From positions 8,866,001 to 8,930,000 of the forward strand of contig CP075496.1 of assembly GCA_021613535.1 (NCBI GenBank): a stretch of DNA of 64,000 nt, read 5' to 3'. This document shows positions 37,689 through 49,720 of the stretch, piece after piece; the stretch's first letter is position 1, and each line of letters starts with the position of its first letter. Source of the stretch: Adineta vaga. Its lineage: Eukaryota > Animalia > Rotifera. The position numbers and the translations under genes are program-made. The notes under the pieces were generated by a model. That model did not search any database and had not been told where the DNA came from. It saw nothing but the letters and a program-made list of their open reading frames with translations.

Positions 37689-38265
37689 TTATAAGAAGAA
37701 ATCGACTTGTTCAATAGTATGGTAAAACCAAAAGATCTAAAAGACAAAAAAATACACGCTTCGTTATTTCTTCTAGTATTAATATGTGTAAAAACATCCG
37801 TTTTTTCCGCGAATTTTCAAAAAATAAACAATTATATACCTCGCCACAATCCAAATGTAGAATACTAATGAAAAACTATGGCTGAGGTTCATAAAAAAAT
37901 AATGTCATTGTGTGACTTTGTATTCGTATAGTATGTTTTATACTACAGACTAGTACAATATTTGCATTGTATTATTTATCGTAATGATTTCTTATAAAAA
38001 TAAAAATAAAAATAACCTTCACAAAGAATAATTGAAAGTGATTCTGCTGATTATAAATGTACAAAGTAGTGTTATGCATGTCGGAGAATTTCTATCTCAG
38101 TTTTAAAAAGAATATAAATAAGAAATTCTTTTCATCAAAAAAAAAGAAGTACTCTAGTTTTCGTTGAGAAGTAGCTGTAAGAGTGAGAATATTGAAAGTT
38201 GACTAGATTTAGAGATTAGCAGTTATTTTCGTTTCATTCAGGAAGATTCAAATACATAAAAAATC

Positions 38266-39110
38266 ATGTACAACTATATGGCACAACAACGAAAAGAGTT
38301 ATGGCGAAGATTTTTTCCAACAACAGTTGCCAACCTAACATCGATTGCACAATTATTTCTCACTGTAGCCATTGTTGGTTGTGAAGTCATTGGTATCTTT
38401 TTTCAATTTTCATGAATGAATGCCTTTTTGTTGGATATTGGGTATCTCCATTTTTTACGTTAGCATGGTTTTCATTAGCATGTGCAAGTAAGCAATTATG
38501 TTTATTTATGGTTATTATACACATATTTTCTCCGTCATTTTAATTAGGTTGCTGTTGTCGAACCCGTAATTGTGGAATAGGAACGTTAGTTTTTCAATGT
38601 CTTTCACTGATAATGGCTTCGTGTGTTGTCGGTTTTGATATTTATTTCTTGGTACATCCAACACAATGTTTCTTTTCAAATGTATGCAGCATATGCGATG
38701 GCAGATAGGTTAGCTTTTATTATAATTAATAGAGAATATTTATATCTGACGCTTTTAGTCGTTCCGATATGTCAACATTATATGATGTCAAAGTTAGAAT
38801 TATTTGGGGTCAACTAGCTGCTGGTGTTCTTATGTTCATTTCGAATATATTCTATGTCATCTTCTTTGTCGAAACGAATAGACGAGTAAAACGAGGAGAA
38901 TCTCTACCACACAGTTCATCGGCGCCTATCACTCTCATGCCACAGATACACCAATATCCTTCACCATATGCTAATCCTGTCTATGGCTATACATTGAATA
39001 GAAAGTCTGTGGTACAGCAATACGTTCCACCTCCGCCACAACCTCCAACAAATCAACTTACTTGTCCTAGATGTGCAACGAGTTTTCCAATAACAATAGA
39101 ACGTTATTAA
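38266..39110 (+). pseudogene. Divergently transcribed tetraspan paralog with C-terminal CPRC motif; carries an in-frame TGA and a frameshift
   Basis: WRRFFP..QLFLTVAIVGCE matches the neighbour's WRSRFP..EVILTILIIILE. TGA at 38413-38415 and a frame change in the T5 run at 38425-38429 precede VGYWVSPFF. Confidence 0.6.
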
Positions 39111-39782
39111 TATTTTTCTTATACGGATGTCAACTTTTCATGTTCATGAAAAAGAACCTTAAGAATCTGTAGAATTTATATCAAAAATTCATTTTCTTTT
39201 CAAAGTAAAACAGAATAGATCATCCTTCCAAGCAACAAGATAGTTGTTCAAAGAGAATGTTGATGTAGTAAATGTTTTGATTTTGTACTGGCATGACTTA
39301 TCTACCGATATTAGTCCAGTACCTTCCACAGACTGAAAAGTTCATATGTCAGAAAACGACAGGGGATGCAGAGATGAGGGTTTTCGTGCTTGAAATTTTT
39401 CATCTAATACTACAACATATCCCGCCATGCATATCTAAGCCACTCCTTTCGACTTTTATCTGTACATGCGGGAACGTCGCGGACAGTTTGGTGACGTTAG
39501 CAATTACAGGGACTGAATACATAGCAAACAGACAAACACTCTTCTTTATATATATATAGAGAGAGATTTCTTCATTTTTTCTCTTTTCTTCCGTTCTTTT
39601 TCTTTTTCTTTTTTGTTCTTATAGAAGGTTTTTGCCGTCATGCGTAATTATATTACTAATATCCACGTGCATCAGTCACTTACATTATATATTCGGATTG
39701 CATATCCAATATGCACGAATTTTTTATTACATTTGCTGCGCATAATACATGGCGAATTTTTTAGATAGTTTAGTCGACCTCG

Positions 39783-41836
39783 ATGTCCAAATCACAGCAA
39801 AAACTAACACTTTCATCAGCAACTACCTATCGTAGTAGTGTTAATGACGAAAATCAAGATTGGGAACACTCATCTGAATCTACTGAGGAAGCAGATTATG
39901 ATCAATCAACACGGAGACGTACGAAGCAAGTGTTGTTTTGTATTTTTCACGACTTTAATTAGACAATAGTTTTCCTTAAGATAAAATAGTCTGTTTGATT
40001 TCTTAGGAATTCAATGTTACACCAAGAAGCATCTGATTTCTTTTCATACAGTATTGATTGGAGTAGACATGCCAGTCCTACATCTCATTGCTGGTTACCG
40101 TGCTCACCCAAGAACTCCATTATTTCACGTTCATGTGCTTGTCTTTCTTGTCAAAAGCCTCAATCATTATCTGAGTCGTCTCTTGCTGAGTGTCCAACTT
40201 GTTCATTGATTATACATACCTGTCATCTCTCTGAACAAGACGAAACAGAAGTAGACGATAATCATTATACTATTCCACCATGTCGTGCGTCATTTATGGA
40301 TGATAAAATGGCAGAGAAAATCGAAACTTATGATCAACATCACTGGTCTCATGTGTCAGTCCTCTCAATGCCATGTACATATTGTAAACGTAAAACATTG
40401 AAAAATAGTTCAGTGCGTACTATCGATCAACATGTAACGGTGCCAAAGCCTGACGAACCATCCAGTGGACTTATATGTATGTGGTGTTCTCGAAATTATC
40501 ATCAAATATGTTGGAATAGTGCTAAATTTGATAAAAACAACAATGGATGTGATTATGGTGAATTCGGGTAGGATTTTATGTGAATAGATTAGTTGTATGT
40601 GAAAATCGGTATTCATTTAGTAATATTGTTGTCCGTCCACAATGGTTACGCCGTGTAACAAATACTCATTCTCATTTTCGAGCGCAAATGCCAGGACAAT
40701 CTGAAGCAAACGGTGTAACATTAACACCTGTGATATTTTTCATCAATAAACTTTCAGGTGGTCAAAAAGGTCAACAGATTTATCGTACACTAGTTCGTCT
40801 TCTCAATCCACGTCAAGTATTTTTACTTGAAAATGACGCAACCATTACGCAAGCTTTACAGATCTATTCGTCACTCAACAATACTCGTATTTGTATTTGT
40901 GGTGGTGACGGAACAGTTGGATGGGTACTCAGTCATATTGCAGATATGTTTCCATTGTCCACGAATCCTCCAGCTGGTATTTATCCGTTAGGTACTGGCA
41001 ATGATTTATCACGTGTACTTGGTTGGGGAGATCAGTACAGTTCCACACGACTATTTCAAATACTGACACAAATAGTTCCAGCACATCCCATGGCACTTGA
41101 TCGTTGGAAAATTCATATCGAGACATTAGAACCAAATGCGTCGAATGTACAATCAGAAAATATTCGTCAACGTTGCTTTTCATTCATGGAACATCCAAGA
41201 TTTATTCGTAATGGTGACTTACCATTGTATGAAAATCATCGTACACCGATCAATTCATTCTTTTTCAATTATATCAGTTTTGGATTGGATGCAGCTGTTG
41301 TACTCGATTTTCATGCTCGTCGAACACGTGATCCATCTGGATTTACATCACCTTTGAAAAATAAACTTGTTTTTATCTCAGAAAGTCGTAAATATTTTAA
41401 TGATTTTGCGTTTGGTATAGCATGGAATATAAGTTCATACCTTCGTTTAATATGTGATGGAGAAGATTTCACTGATTCAATACGTAGTTGTCATTCTATT
41501 GTCTTGTTGAACACTCGAGGCTTTGGTTCTGGTACACAACCATGGGGTCGAACAGCGACAACAACAACAGCTATTGCTACTGCTACTACGATAAACTATT
41601 TTGAAGCACAAGATTTTGGTGACGGAAAAATTGAAGTACTCGGTTTAAATACTAGACAAATGGCGTTAATTCATGTTGGTTTTCGTGGTACTCGTATTGC
41701 TCAATGTAGTCGAGTTCGTATCGAACTTAGTCACCCAATGCCAGTACATATGGATGGTGAACCTTTTCATCTTGCTGGTTCAACAGCTATTGATATCAAA
41801 CATGCTGGTCAGGTTATGGTGTTGAGTAATGATTAA
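39783..41836 (+). CDS. Diacylglycerol kinase with two C1 domains (zeta/iota-like); 3 coding exons
   Basis: C1-type His/Cys patterns, FINKLSGGQKG, CGGDGTVGW, PLGTGNDLSR, NYISFGLDA, and MDGEPF. First intron 39926..40006 appears to be GC-AG. Confidence 0.92.
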
Positions 41837-42089
41837 AATTAATTATGAAAACAAGTACTGAAAGATTTTTCATCAGATGTCGCTATTTTATAATAAATAC
41901 AGTATGACTCAGAAAAATAAATATATGAAGAATAAAAACACATGTGCAAACCTATTTGTTGTCAAAACTTTGAAAGTCTATTAATTGATGAAGTAATGAA
42001 ATGTCTCCTTTTTTTTCTTTATAGATTTTGCGATGATGATGATGATGATGATATTATAAATACTTTTTAGTAAACGAACTTATTTATCA

Positions 42090-42428
42090 ATGGAAAATGA
42101 CGAATTCAGTTTTGACAAACTTTTCAAATTATATTCTTGGAAAGAAATTAAAAATTGTCCTGGAAGGTATTTACTAAATAAAGAAGATAATCAACGTCTT
42201 CATACTGTTTTACCAAACGAATTTTTGAATAATCAGACATCTATACATATATTTACGAGTGAAATGTGTCCAGATAGGATACATATTGGAAAATTTATCA
42301 ATGGTGGATTATTGTCTTATGAAAAATCTGATGGTACTTATGTTCATACTTTAAATAATTCTTCTGGTTTGACTAGAAAAATGAATCATTTGAATATACA
42401 GTTCAATAATGATATTTTACATAATTAA
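42090..42428 (+). CDS. Intronless 112-aa protein of unknown function
   Basis: Clean ATG..TAA ORF with globular composition and motif-like WKEIKNCPGRY and GGLLSYEKSDGTYVHTLN. Confidence 0.7.
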   Translation: MENDEFSFDKLFKLYSWKEIKNCPGRYLLNKEDNQRLHTVLPNEFLNNQTSIHIFTSEMCPDRIHIGKFINGGLLSYEKSDGTYVHTLNNSSGLTRKMNHLNIQFNNDILHN

Positions 42429-43002
42429 TCTGACAATATATGTGTTTCTGCTCCGAATTTGCTTCAACATTTGTTCTAATAGTTATATATCAAAATGTAT
42501 TTTTATATTTCATTCTTTTTTTTTTCTATAAAAGAAACGACATCAAAGATACGGGCAAAATGAAGAGAGATGTACGTGAAGAATGACAGTGCTTGAAACT
42601 ATGCCTTTTATTCAAATTTAAAATATGATTAGGCAAGTCTAGTTGATGTTATGCGATGGGTTGCGGTCAAAATCTAGATGGAACTTGGATAATAGAATCG
42701 GACGAATAACATATCATATCGTATGTTATATATATTTGTTGAAAATAAGTAAAACTTATCTTTACTATGCTACAAAACTATACTGTATCATGTTCTCGAT
42801 ATATGAGTCATAATTTGCATTGCATCAGACAAAAGAATACTTTTCTTTCGCAAGAAATCTCGTTCTTACGAAAGTGAAACTGTGACGAAAAGCTTATCTG
42901 GCCTATGGCGTGTTTTATATGTTACCAAATATTGAGAGAAAAAATGTCGTCTATTAATACCGCAAATTATCCTCATAAATCTTACACAAAACAGCAATCA
43001 TC

Positions 43003-44763
43003 ATGATCCAAAAGTGGTTTTCCATCTATCAAAATTCCTCTCCATGGAATTTATTTAAAGTTATATTTGATATAGTTCTTATTCTCAAACCATTTCAGTT
43101 AATTCAATGGTTTCTCTTAACTGTCGCTTCAATGACAATAACTACTTATTTAAATGTATCATTCCTATCAATCATAACATTAAATGTCACTCAAGGTTTG
43201 AAATATCTTTTTCTGATGTTCATATTCGAAAATCTTACATCTTATTGTAAACTTAAAAAAAGTTCTGCTAGGAAAACATTTGTTCTTGATTTTCTTGAAC
43301 AATTACAAACGAAAATAAATCAACGAATTCTTAGTACAAATTGGATTAAAATCAAATTATCTGATCAAGTTGAAATACGACGAAAGATCGAAGATGCTTC
43401 TTCATCATGTCAATATCTTATTGAAGAATTTATTGATCAATTACAAGAACTTTCGACATTTATTATGACAATCATTACTATATTTTATATATGTCCACTA
43501 GCAACAATTCTAATTGGCATTGTTTACGTTTGTTTCTATCGATTTTATTTAAACAAACAAAGTGATCATTTATTGGATGAGAAATTAAAAATGATCGAAA
43601 AAAATGATAAATTGTGTACGAAATATGCTCGTGCAAATGCCAACATGTTTGAATATGTGATTCATCATGAAAAAAATCATATTATTCGAATAACAAATGA
43701 ATTAAAAGTTGATATGGAACGAATATGGTTTACATTAGATTATCTTTACGATTATTTATCGTTAAAAGAAGATACTCTTGGTAAATTATGTACATTTCTA
43801 ACAATTCTTTTTTATTATTTATTAAATGGTATGAATACATTTATTATTCCATTGTATTATTATTTATCAAGTTTTACTGATTGTATTCATACATTACTCG
43901 TTGCATATATTCGTTGTTTACGATTGAAAAAAGATTATGATCTTATTCAACCGATTCTCGAAGAATATGATGAACGAATTAATGTTGAACAAATAGATTT
44001 AAGATCCGAATTTCAAATTTCTGATCTTTCATTTCAATATGAAGGAACAAGAGAAATCTTTCATTTACAACTCAATGGTTCATTGACATTTCAAATGGGA
44101 GAAGCTATATTAATTACAGGAAAAAGTGGAGCAGGTAATTTTGATTAATCGATAGAATACAACAGTCTTATATTCAATTTAGGTAAATCAACATTTTATG
44201 ATATCTTAAATGGTTCCATTCCAATGAATGAATATTCAATCAAGGTACACATTGATAAATCAGACATTCCAAGTACATTACATGCAATAGAAAAATGTCG
44301 AACAATGGTTTTACAAGATAGTAATATGGATTATCGATCGACTATCTATAGTATGGTAACAAATATTGATGAAGATGAAGTTAATCAACAACGAACACCT
44401 GAACTTGATTCACTTGTATGGGAATTTTTACATATTGTTCAAATTGATGATTTCGTACGAAATGAATTGAATGGTAATCTTGATGAAGAAATGGAGAATA
44501 AACTTAGTGGTGGACAAAAGACAAGATTATTATTAGCACGTGCTTTATATCGTGCTCATAATCGTCATTCTTCATTACTTATCCTCGATGAACCTGATAA
44601 AGGTCTACCAGCAGAAACAACAGTAACAATTATTGATAATATTATCAAATGGTATCGATCGAAAGGCATTCTTTTTCTTACTTTACATACAGAACGAGCA
44701 CATACACTTGATTTTAATCAAATTCTACATGTTGAAAATGGAATAATTACCAAAGTCAAATAA
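43003..44763 (+). CDS. Divergent TMD-NBD ABC half transporter (exporter type); 2 exons
   Basis: Intron 44134..44182 splits Walker A (GKSGA|GKST). LSGGQ signature, LLILDEPD Walker B, and TLH switch. N-terminal TM domain. Confidence 0.88.
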
Positions 44764-45113
44764 TATCAATGAATGCAAGGAAAAAATCTACTTTGGAACG
44801 ATTCAGATATTTCTAAAATTGAATATAGTAAAGAAAAAGATTTTTTAAATTTTTTGGCTTCAAACATAACGATGAATGAGAATATCACGTTGTACTACTT
44901 GTATCATCATTATCATTGAGTATTGAAGGGAAAAAATATACATGTTTGCTTCATGACGCACGGATCAATGCTATTCTTCTTTCTTATCTGACGTCATGTA
45001 TCGATTATAACAAGGTCATATGTTCATATACACTTGCCATGTATATATACAGTTACTCTTCATTTCATTCAATACGCTATCGATTCATTTGTTCATCTTT
45101 GATATAGCACCAA

Positions 45114-46080
45114 TTGATTGAACATTTTAAACAAAATTTTGAGATGTTACTTAAGTCACGAACATCAGAAGAAACTAAACGATTACCAACGTTATTGAAA
45201 TGTTTTTCGGATCCTCAATGGACGGAAAGAATTATGGACGATGCACTATCTTCTTTATCAACACGTCAAAGTCAAGCTCGATTATTAGAAGATAGAATTA
45301 GTGCATTTACTCTTGCAATTGATAAACAACAGAAACGTTTGACTGATATTAAACAATATGGAATGAGACACTTTTGGTATAAAATATGTGGTCATTTGGA
45401 ATCACGTTTGAAGAAAGGAGAAATGATACGATTACAAAATGTGGAAAAAACCAAAGAAGCTAAAGAATATTTGATCGTTGTGAATAATGAAATTCGACTT
45501 GCTGAAAAACAATTACAGATTTTGCAAAATGCTTATGAACAATATGCAAAAACGAAACAGATACTCGAACAAAAACTATCATAAGATTCCTTATCAGTCT
45601 CATACTCATTCTTAGGATAAATATCTGTTCCTCTTATTATTATTATTCGTTCTAATTTTTTATTCTTTTCCTGTAAAACAAATCAAAATATATTTGTTTT
45701 ATTTCAATGATCTTGAATGAGAGAAAAACAAAGATTAAATACAAATATTTTTTACAAAATATATTGAAAATCAGAATGACGATCACCAGCTGCTTCTTCT
45801 CCGTCATACTTATCGACTCGTAGTTGTATCTGTTCATCATAAATTTGACCTGATACAAAAGCTCCGGAAACACCTATGGGTATGATGACTGCTGATGCAG
45901 TAGCGCGTCGAGTAAGTGAAACACTACAAATCAATCTTCCTTTGAATGAAGATTACAATTATATCAGTATTTACTAATTATTATTTATCCAGGCAGTTCG
46001 AATACTTACACCCGAAAAAAATTCTAATAGCAGCTAAAATAAGCATTAATAAACCAGGTAGAGCAAAAATACTTGTTAAA
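45114..46080 (+). pseudogene. Probable degenerate coiled-coil protein gene
   Basis: A 156-aa coiled-coil-like ORF followed by disconnected exon-like fragments with splice signals. No clean gene model. Confidence 0.3.
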
Positions 46081-46270
46081 ATTGAATGTATTGATCGTTC
46101 CATGAAACTATCATCGAATAAATTGGATTTTTTCTTTGTTTTTCTAATGAAATGTTTAAATAAACTTACTAATCAGAACTGCATGAAAAAATTAATATTG
46201 CGAAGAATGCTGCTATATTTGTTGGAATTGTCATTAATTGAGTTTGAAGTGGTGTCCATTCTTCAAAATC

Positions 46271-46892
46271 TTTGATGGAACTTCAAAGAAAGTATAACTA
46301 ACAAAGAATATAGATAATGACCTTGTAGAAAGTAATTTTAAAATATAGATTAAAAAAGAAAATCAATCCAATTACCATAGATATTCTGTTGAAGTTGTTT
46401 TAAGATCATCTTCAAGACCTAGACGATCTATTTGCTAAAATAATATTTGAAGCACCTTCGAGCTGTATGGAAAAAAATGAATATGAAGTACCATAAGCAA
46501 GTATACTTCCAAATGCTCCCAATAATGCCGATATTGACCAAAATGATCCAACTCGAATTGTCGGTTGCTTTTTTAGATACCATATTGATAGATAATAAAC
46601 AATTTCAGAAAATAGACCAGCTTCTATTATACCCAAGAAAAAACAAAAGAAAGCAATAACTTTAATATCAAATCTCATATACTTAGAAGAATATGAATAA
46701 CACTTATCCATTTTGATGGTTTCCAACGTCGACGAACAATATTTGATGGAACTTCAAAGAAAGTATAACCAACAAAGAATATAGATAATGACCTTGTAGA
46801 AAATAATTTTAAAATGTAGATTAAAAAAAAAGAAAATCAATCCCATTACCATAGATATTCTGTTGAAGTTGTTTTAAGATCATCTTCAAGAC
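46271..46892. repeat. ~150-bp direct repeat (46271-46419 and 46743-46892)
   Basis: tttgatggaacttcaaagaaagtataac...gatcatcttcaagacc occurs twice with a few substitutions and a poly-A length difference. Confidence 0.92.
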
Positions 46893-47112
46893 CAACTAAT
46901 TTTGCATTTGCAATATTCGATCGTAGTAAATATGAGATACTAACTAGATGATGCTAAAATTTATCAATGAAAATTAGTATTTTACATTGTTCAAATTAAT
47001 ATACCAGACCAATGGTAAAACTCGACGATCAATTTTACGAGTTAATTTCTTCATCTTCGTCTTCGTCCAATTGTTCAATCACTGGTTTAACATTAGCATT
47101 ATCTTCATTCAT
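46271..47112 (-). pseudogene. Truncated MFS transporter (anion:cation symporter / allantoate-nicotinate permease type)
   Basis: Fragments LTRKIDRRVLP, RSNIANAKLVGLEDDL, IFFVGYTFFEVPSN, and FFLGIIEAGLF..YYLSIWY. Frameshifts, an internal duplication, and no C-terminal half. Confidence 0.8.
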
Positions 47113-47943
47113 TGTCAATGTAAGTATTTCAATTGAAGTTTGAGATTTCTATCGTAAATCGTACTGACTTGTATATTTTTACTGAATGATGGTAATTATT
47201 ATAAATAATGATGACGTTTGTTTATATTTTTGAAAAACAAATACGAAAAAAATGTATATCCCTATATATTTACCTGTTGAAAAGTGTGAAGTTTATTTTT
47301 TAATGAATTACTGCCATCGAATCATGTGTTCTGTACATAAAGACGGCTGTTATTTTCACGTTAACATTATGAAAAAAATATATTGTTAATCAAAATAAAG
47401 AACAGTATTTTCTCTGTATATGATACAATGATCATTTCTCATAATTTAAATTTAAATTTTATGAAATAAAATCGACATACTGCGCACATGATTTTATTTT
47501 TATCGGACCTTTTATTTATGTAAACTTGACGTTAACAAGCATCACTAATTTTGTTTTCCACAATTAAACATATGTTAGATTATCTGCTAACAGAAATCTA
47601 TTAAATATATGATAAGCATTATTATACGCAATGTATATTTGACAAACAACTCAGTGGAGATAAGATATCAGTACAACTGGCTGATATTTAATAAAACTAT
47701 TTTAATTTTTGTGTTTCTATACGCAGATGTTTTTTTTTAAATTTATTTTGAAAAGAATCCGCAATAAAGAGAGATGTTGTTTGCGAAACGATAGGTATTA
47801 TTTTCTAATTCATAAGAAAGAAAAAGAAAAAATAAAGAAAACCAGGGGAATTAAATTTCGATTTATGTCTTCTCTATCATTTCATACAAATATTTTCTGC
47901 TTTTTTAAATGAGTTAAAATATACAAATAAGATGCAAAACCAT

Positions 47944-48149
47944 AGGTTCACGAAAAATAAAATTTATTCTGTTTTACTTTTCTTTATAGCATAAACTCTC
48001 TTTAGCTCCTAAAGTGCCTTTAGTCACTTTATGGTGAGGTTGGGGGTGAGAGAGACCCTCACCCTGACTCTAAAAGAACTAGCGGGACTTAAGAGAATTT
48101 ACGCTATAAAAAAAAGTAAAACAGGATAAATTTTATTTTTCGTGGACCT
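47944..48149. mobile_element. ~206-bp fold-back / MITE-like element with long terminal inverted repeats
   Basis: Left arm aggttcacgaaaaataaaatttattctgttttactttctttatagcataaactctc matches the reverse complement of the right end, aggtccacgaaaaataaaatttatcctgttttactttttttatagcgtaaattctc. Inner ggtgagg/cctcacc pair. No clear TSD. Confidence 0.8.
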
Positions 48150-48228
48150 TTCAAGAGATATGTTCTGATTCAAATAATGATTTTTCATTGTGTTTTTTAG
48201 ATATTTCGTGAATTTTAATAAATAAAAA

Positions 48229-49113
48229 ATGGAAAGTCAAGCAAATTTTTCACCCTATCCACAAGAACAATTTGACCCGAAAAATAGTGCTATCCAATTG
48301 AACGATCAATTTTCGAATACTGCATCACATTTTAGTCCAAGTAACAATGCTACTCTTTCTTCTTTTCCACTACAAGAATTAATCGATTTTCATAAGAAGA
48401 AGTTTCATAAGGCTATGATTTATATTGTAGCAATTTTGGGATTGTTCGTTTTGGCCGGTCTTATCCTCCTGATTTTATCATTTACACTTCCACAATGTAA
48501 GGATTCATCTGCATCTTGTACAAGACCAGATATTACTTTGCTAGTCATTGGAATTACTTTCACTAGTACAGGTATTTTAATAGTTTTACTTGCTATAGGA
48601 TGTGGCTTTTATCAACTTCGCAGACAAATCAATGATCTTATCGATCCAAGAATTACACAGAATCCCATTATTTGGCGATTAGATGGTGCAGAATGGAGTC
48701 ATTATTTAGATTACATTCATGGTCCCAATCGACAATGGACCCAAATAGCTCCCTTATCATCCTTTTGCTGTCGACAATCAACATATCATCGTTTAATGGA
48801 TCGTCAATATGGTCATATTGTTTTATATTGGAATGGTTTAATCATTGATGAATTATATCTTGTATCATTTCGACAATACGAACTACAAAATATTGAACTA
48901 ATGAATTTTGATCCAAATCAACGTATTCATGGTTTACGAATTCATACATATTTAAAAGCAGGAAAAAATAGTCGAGATTGCTATTTTGATGTATTTGCAC
49001 CATCAACAGTTTCACTACAAGAATTACAAGCAATTATTCAATCATATTATGGAATAATGACTGATTCTACAGGCGCACGTCTAACTACGTTAGGACTTCG
49101 CTTATTTACTTGA
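48229..49113 (+). CDS. Hypothetical protein with two TM helices and a globular C-terminal domain
   Basis: 294-aa ORF; two hydrophobic segments flank a CKDSSASC loop. Confidence 0.75.
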   Translation: MESQANFSPYPQEQFDPKNSAIQLNDQFSNTASHFSPSNNATLSSFPLQELIDFHKKKFHKAMIYIVAILGLFVLAGLILLILSFTLPQCKDSSASCTRPDITLLVIGITFTSTGILIVLLAIGCGFYQLRRQINDLIDPRITQNPIIWRLDGAEWSHYLDYIHGPNRQWTQIAPLSSFCCRQSTYHRLMDRQYGHIVLYWNGLIIDELYLVSFRQYELQNIELMNFDPNQRIHGLRIHTYLKAGKNSRDCYFDVFAPSTVSLQELQAIIQSYYGIMTDSTGARLTTLGLRLFT

Positions 49114-49720
49114 GATGTTGACTTTAGATAAATCAATAAGAGTAAGAATGCTACTGCTTTTAATTACATATATTTATCTTCATTATTCAACAAATAAGAA
49201 GTGACTTTTTACAATAAATGTGTACTAATTTCTCTCGAAATGAAATAATTTGATGAATATGCCGCCAAACGAATTATATAAGTGAAGAAAAAACAATTCT
49301 TTTCTTCTTCTTTATTGAATGAGAATAAATCATAACATTAAATTGTAAAAAAAGGACAAATCATTCGCTAATCTCTATAGTATTGTGCTAGATTTTATAC
49401 AATTATAAATCTCTTTTTGTCGTCGTTTCAATTCTACAAATACATTATACCAACAGAATAATCAAAAAGTTCTTTCAGTAAGAAATATTCACATCTAGTT
49501 TAGATTTGCAGATTACTCATTGTGTTGCAGCCTAAAAAACAAAAATAGAAAAACAATGAAAGAAGTTTATTTGAGTATGAGAGAAAAGTTCTTGGTAAAA
49601 AAAATAGGTAATTATGACATTTTCTTTAAAAAAATATCAGAAAGAATTGTTTTACAAATCGACACATATGACCATCATATTTCATAGACTTAACACGATA
49701 TAATCATCGAATCTATAGTT

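Noticed and set aside
38413-38415. In-frame TGA as selenocysteine or readthrough
   Set aside because: It is accompanied by a frameshift ~12 nt later, no SECIS was recognised, and a CGA>TGA mutation is simpler.
39293-39559. 88-aa ORF in a less AT-rich patch
   Set aside because: No recognisable motif; more likely DGK upstream/promoter sequence.
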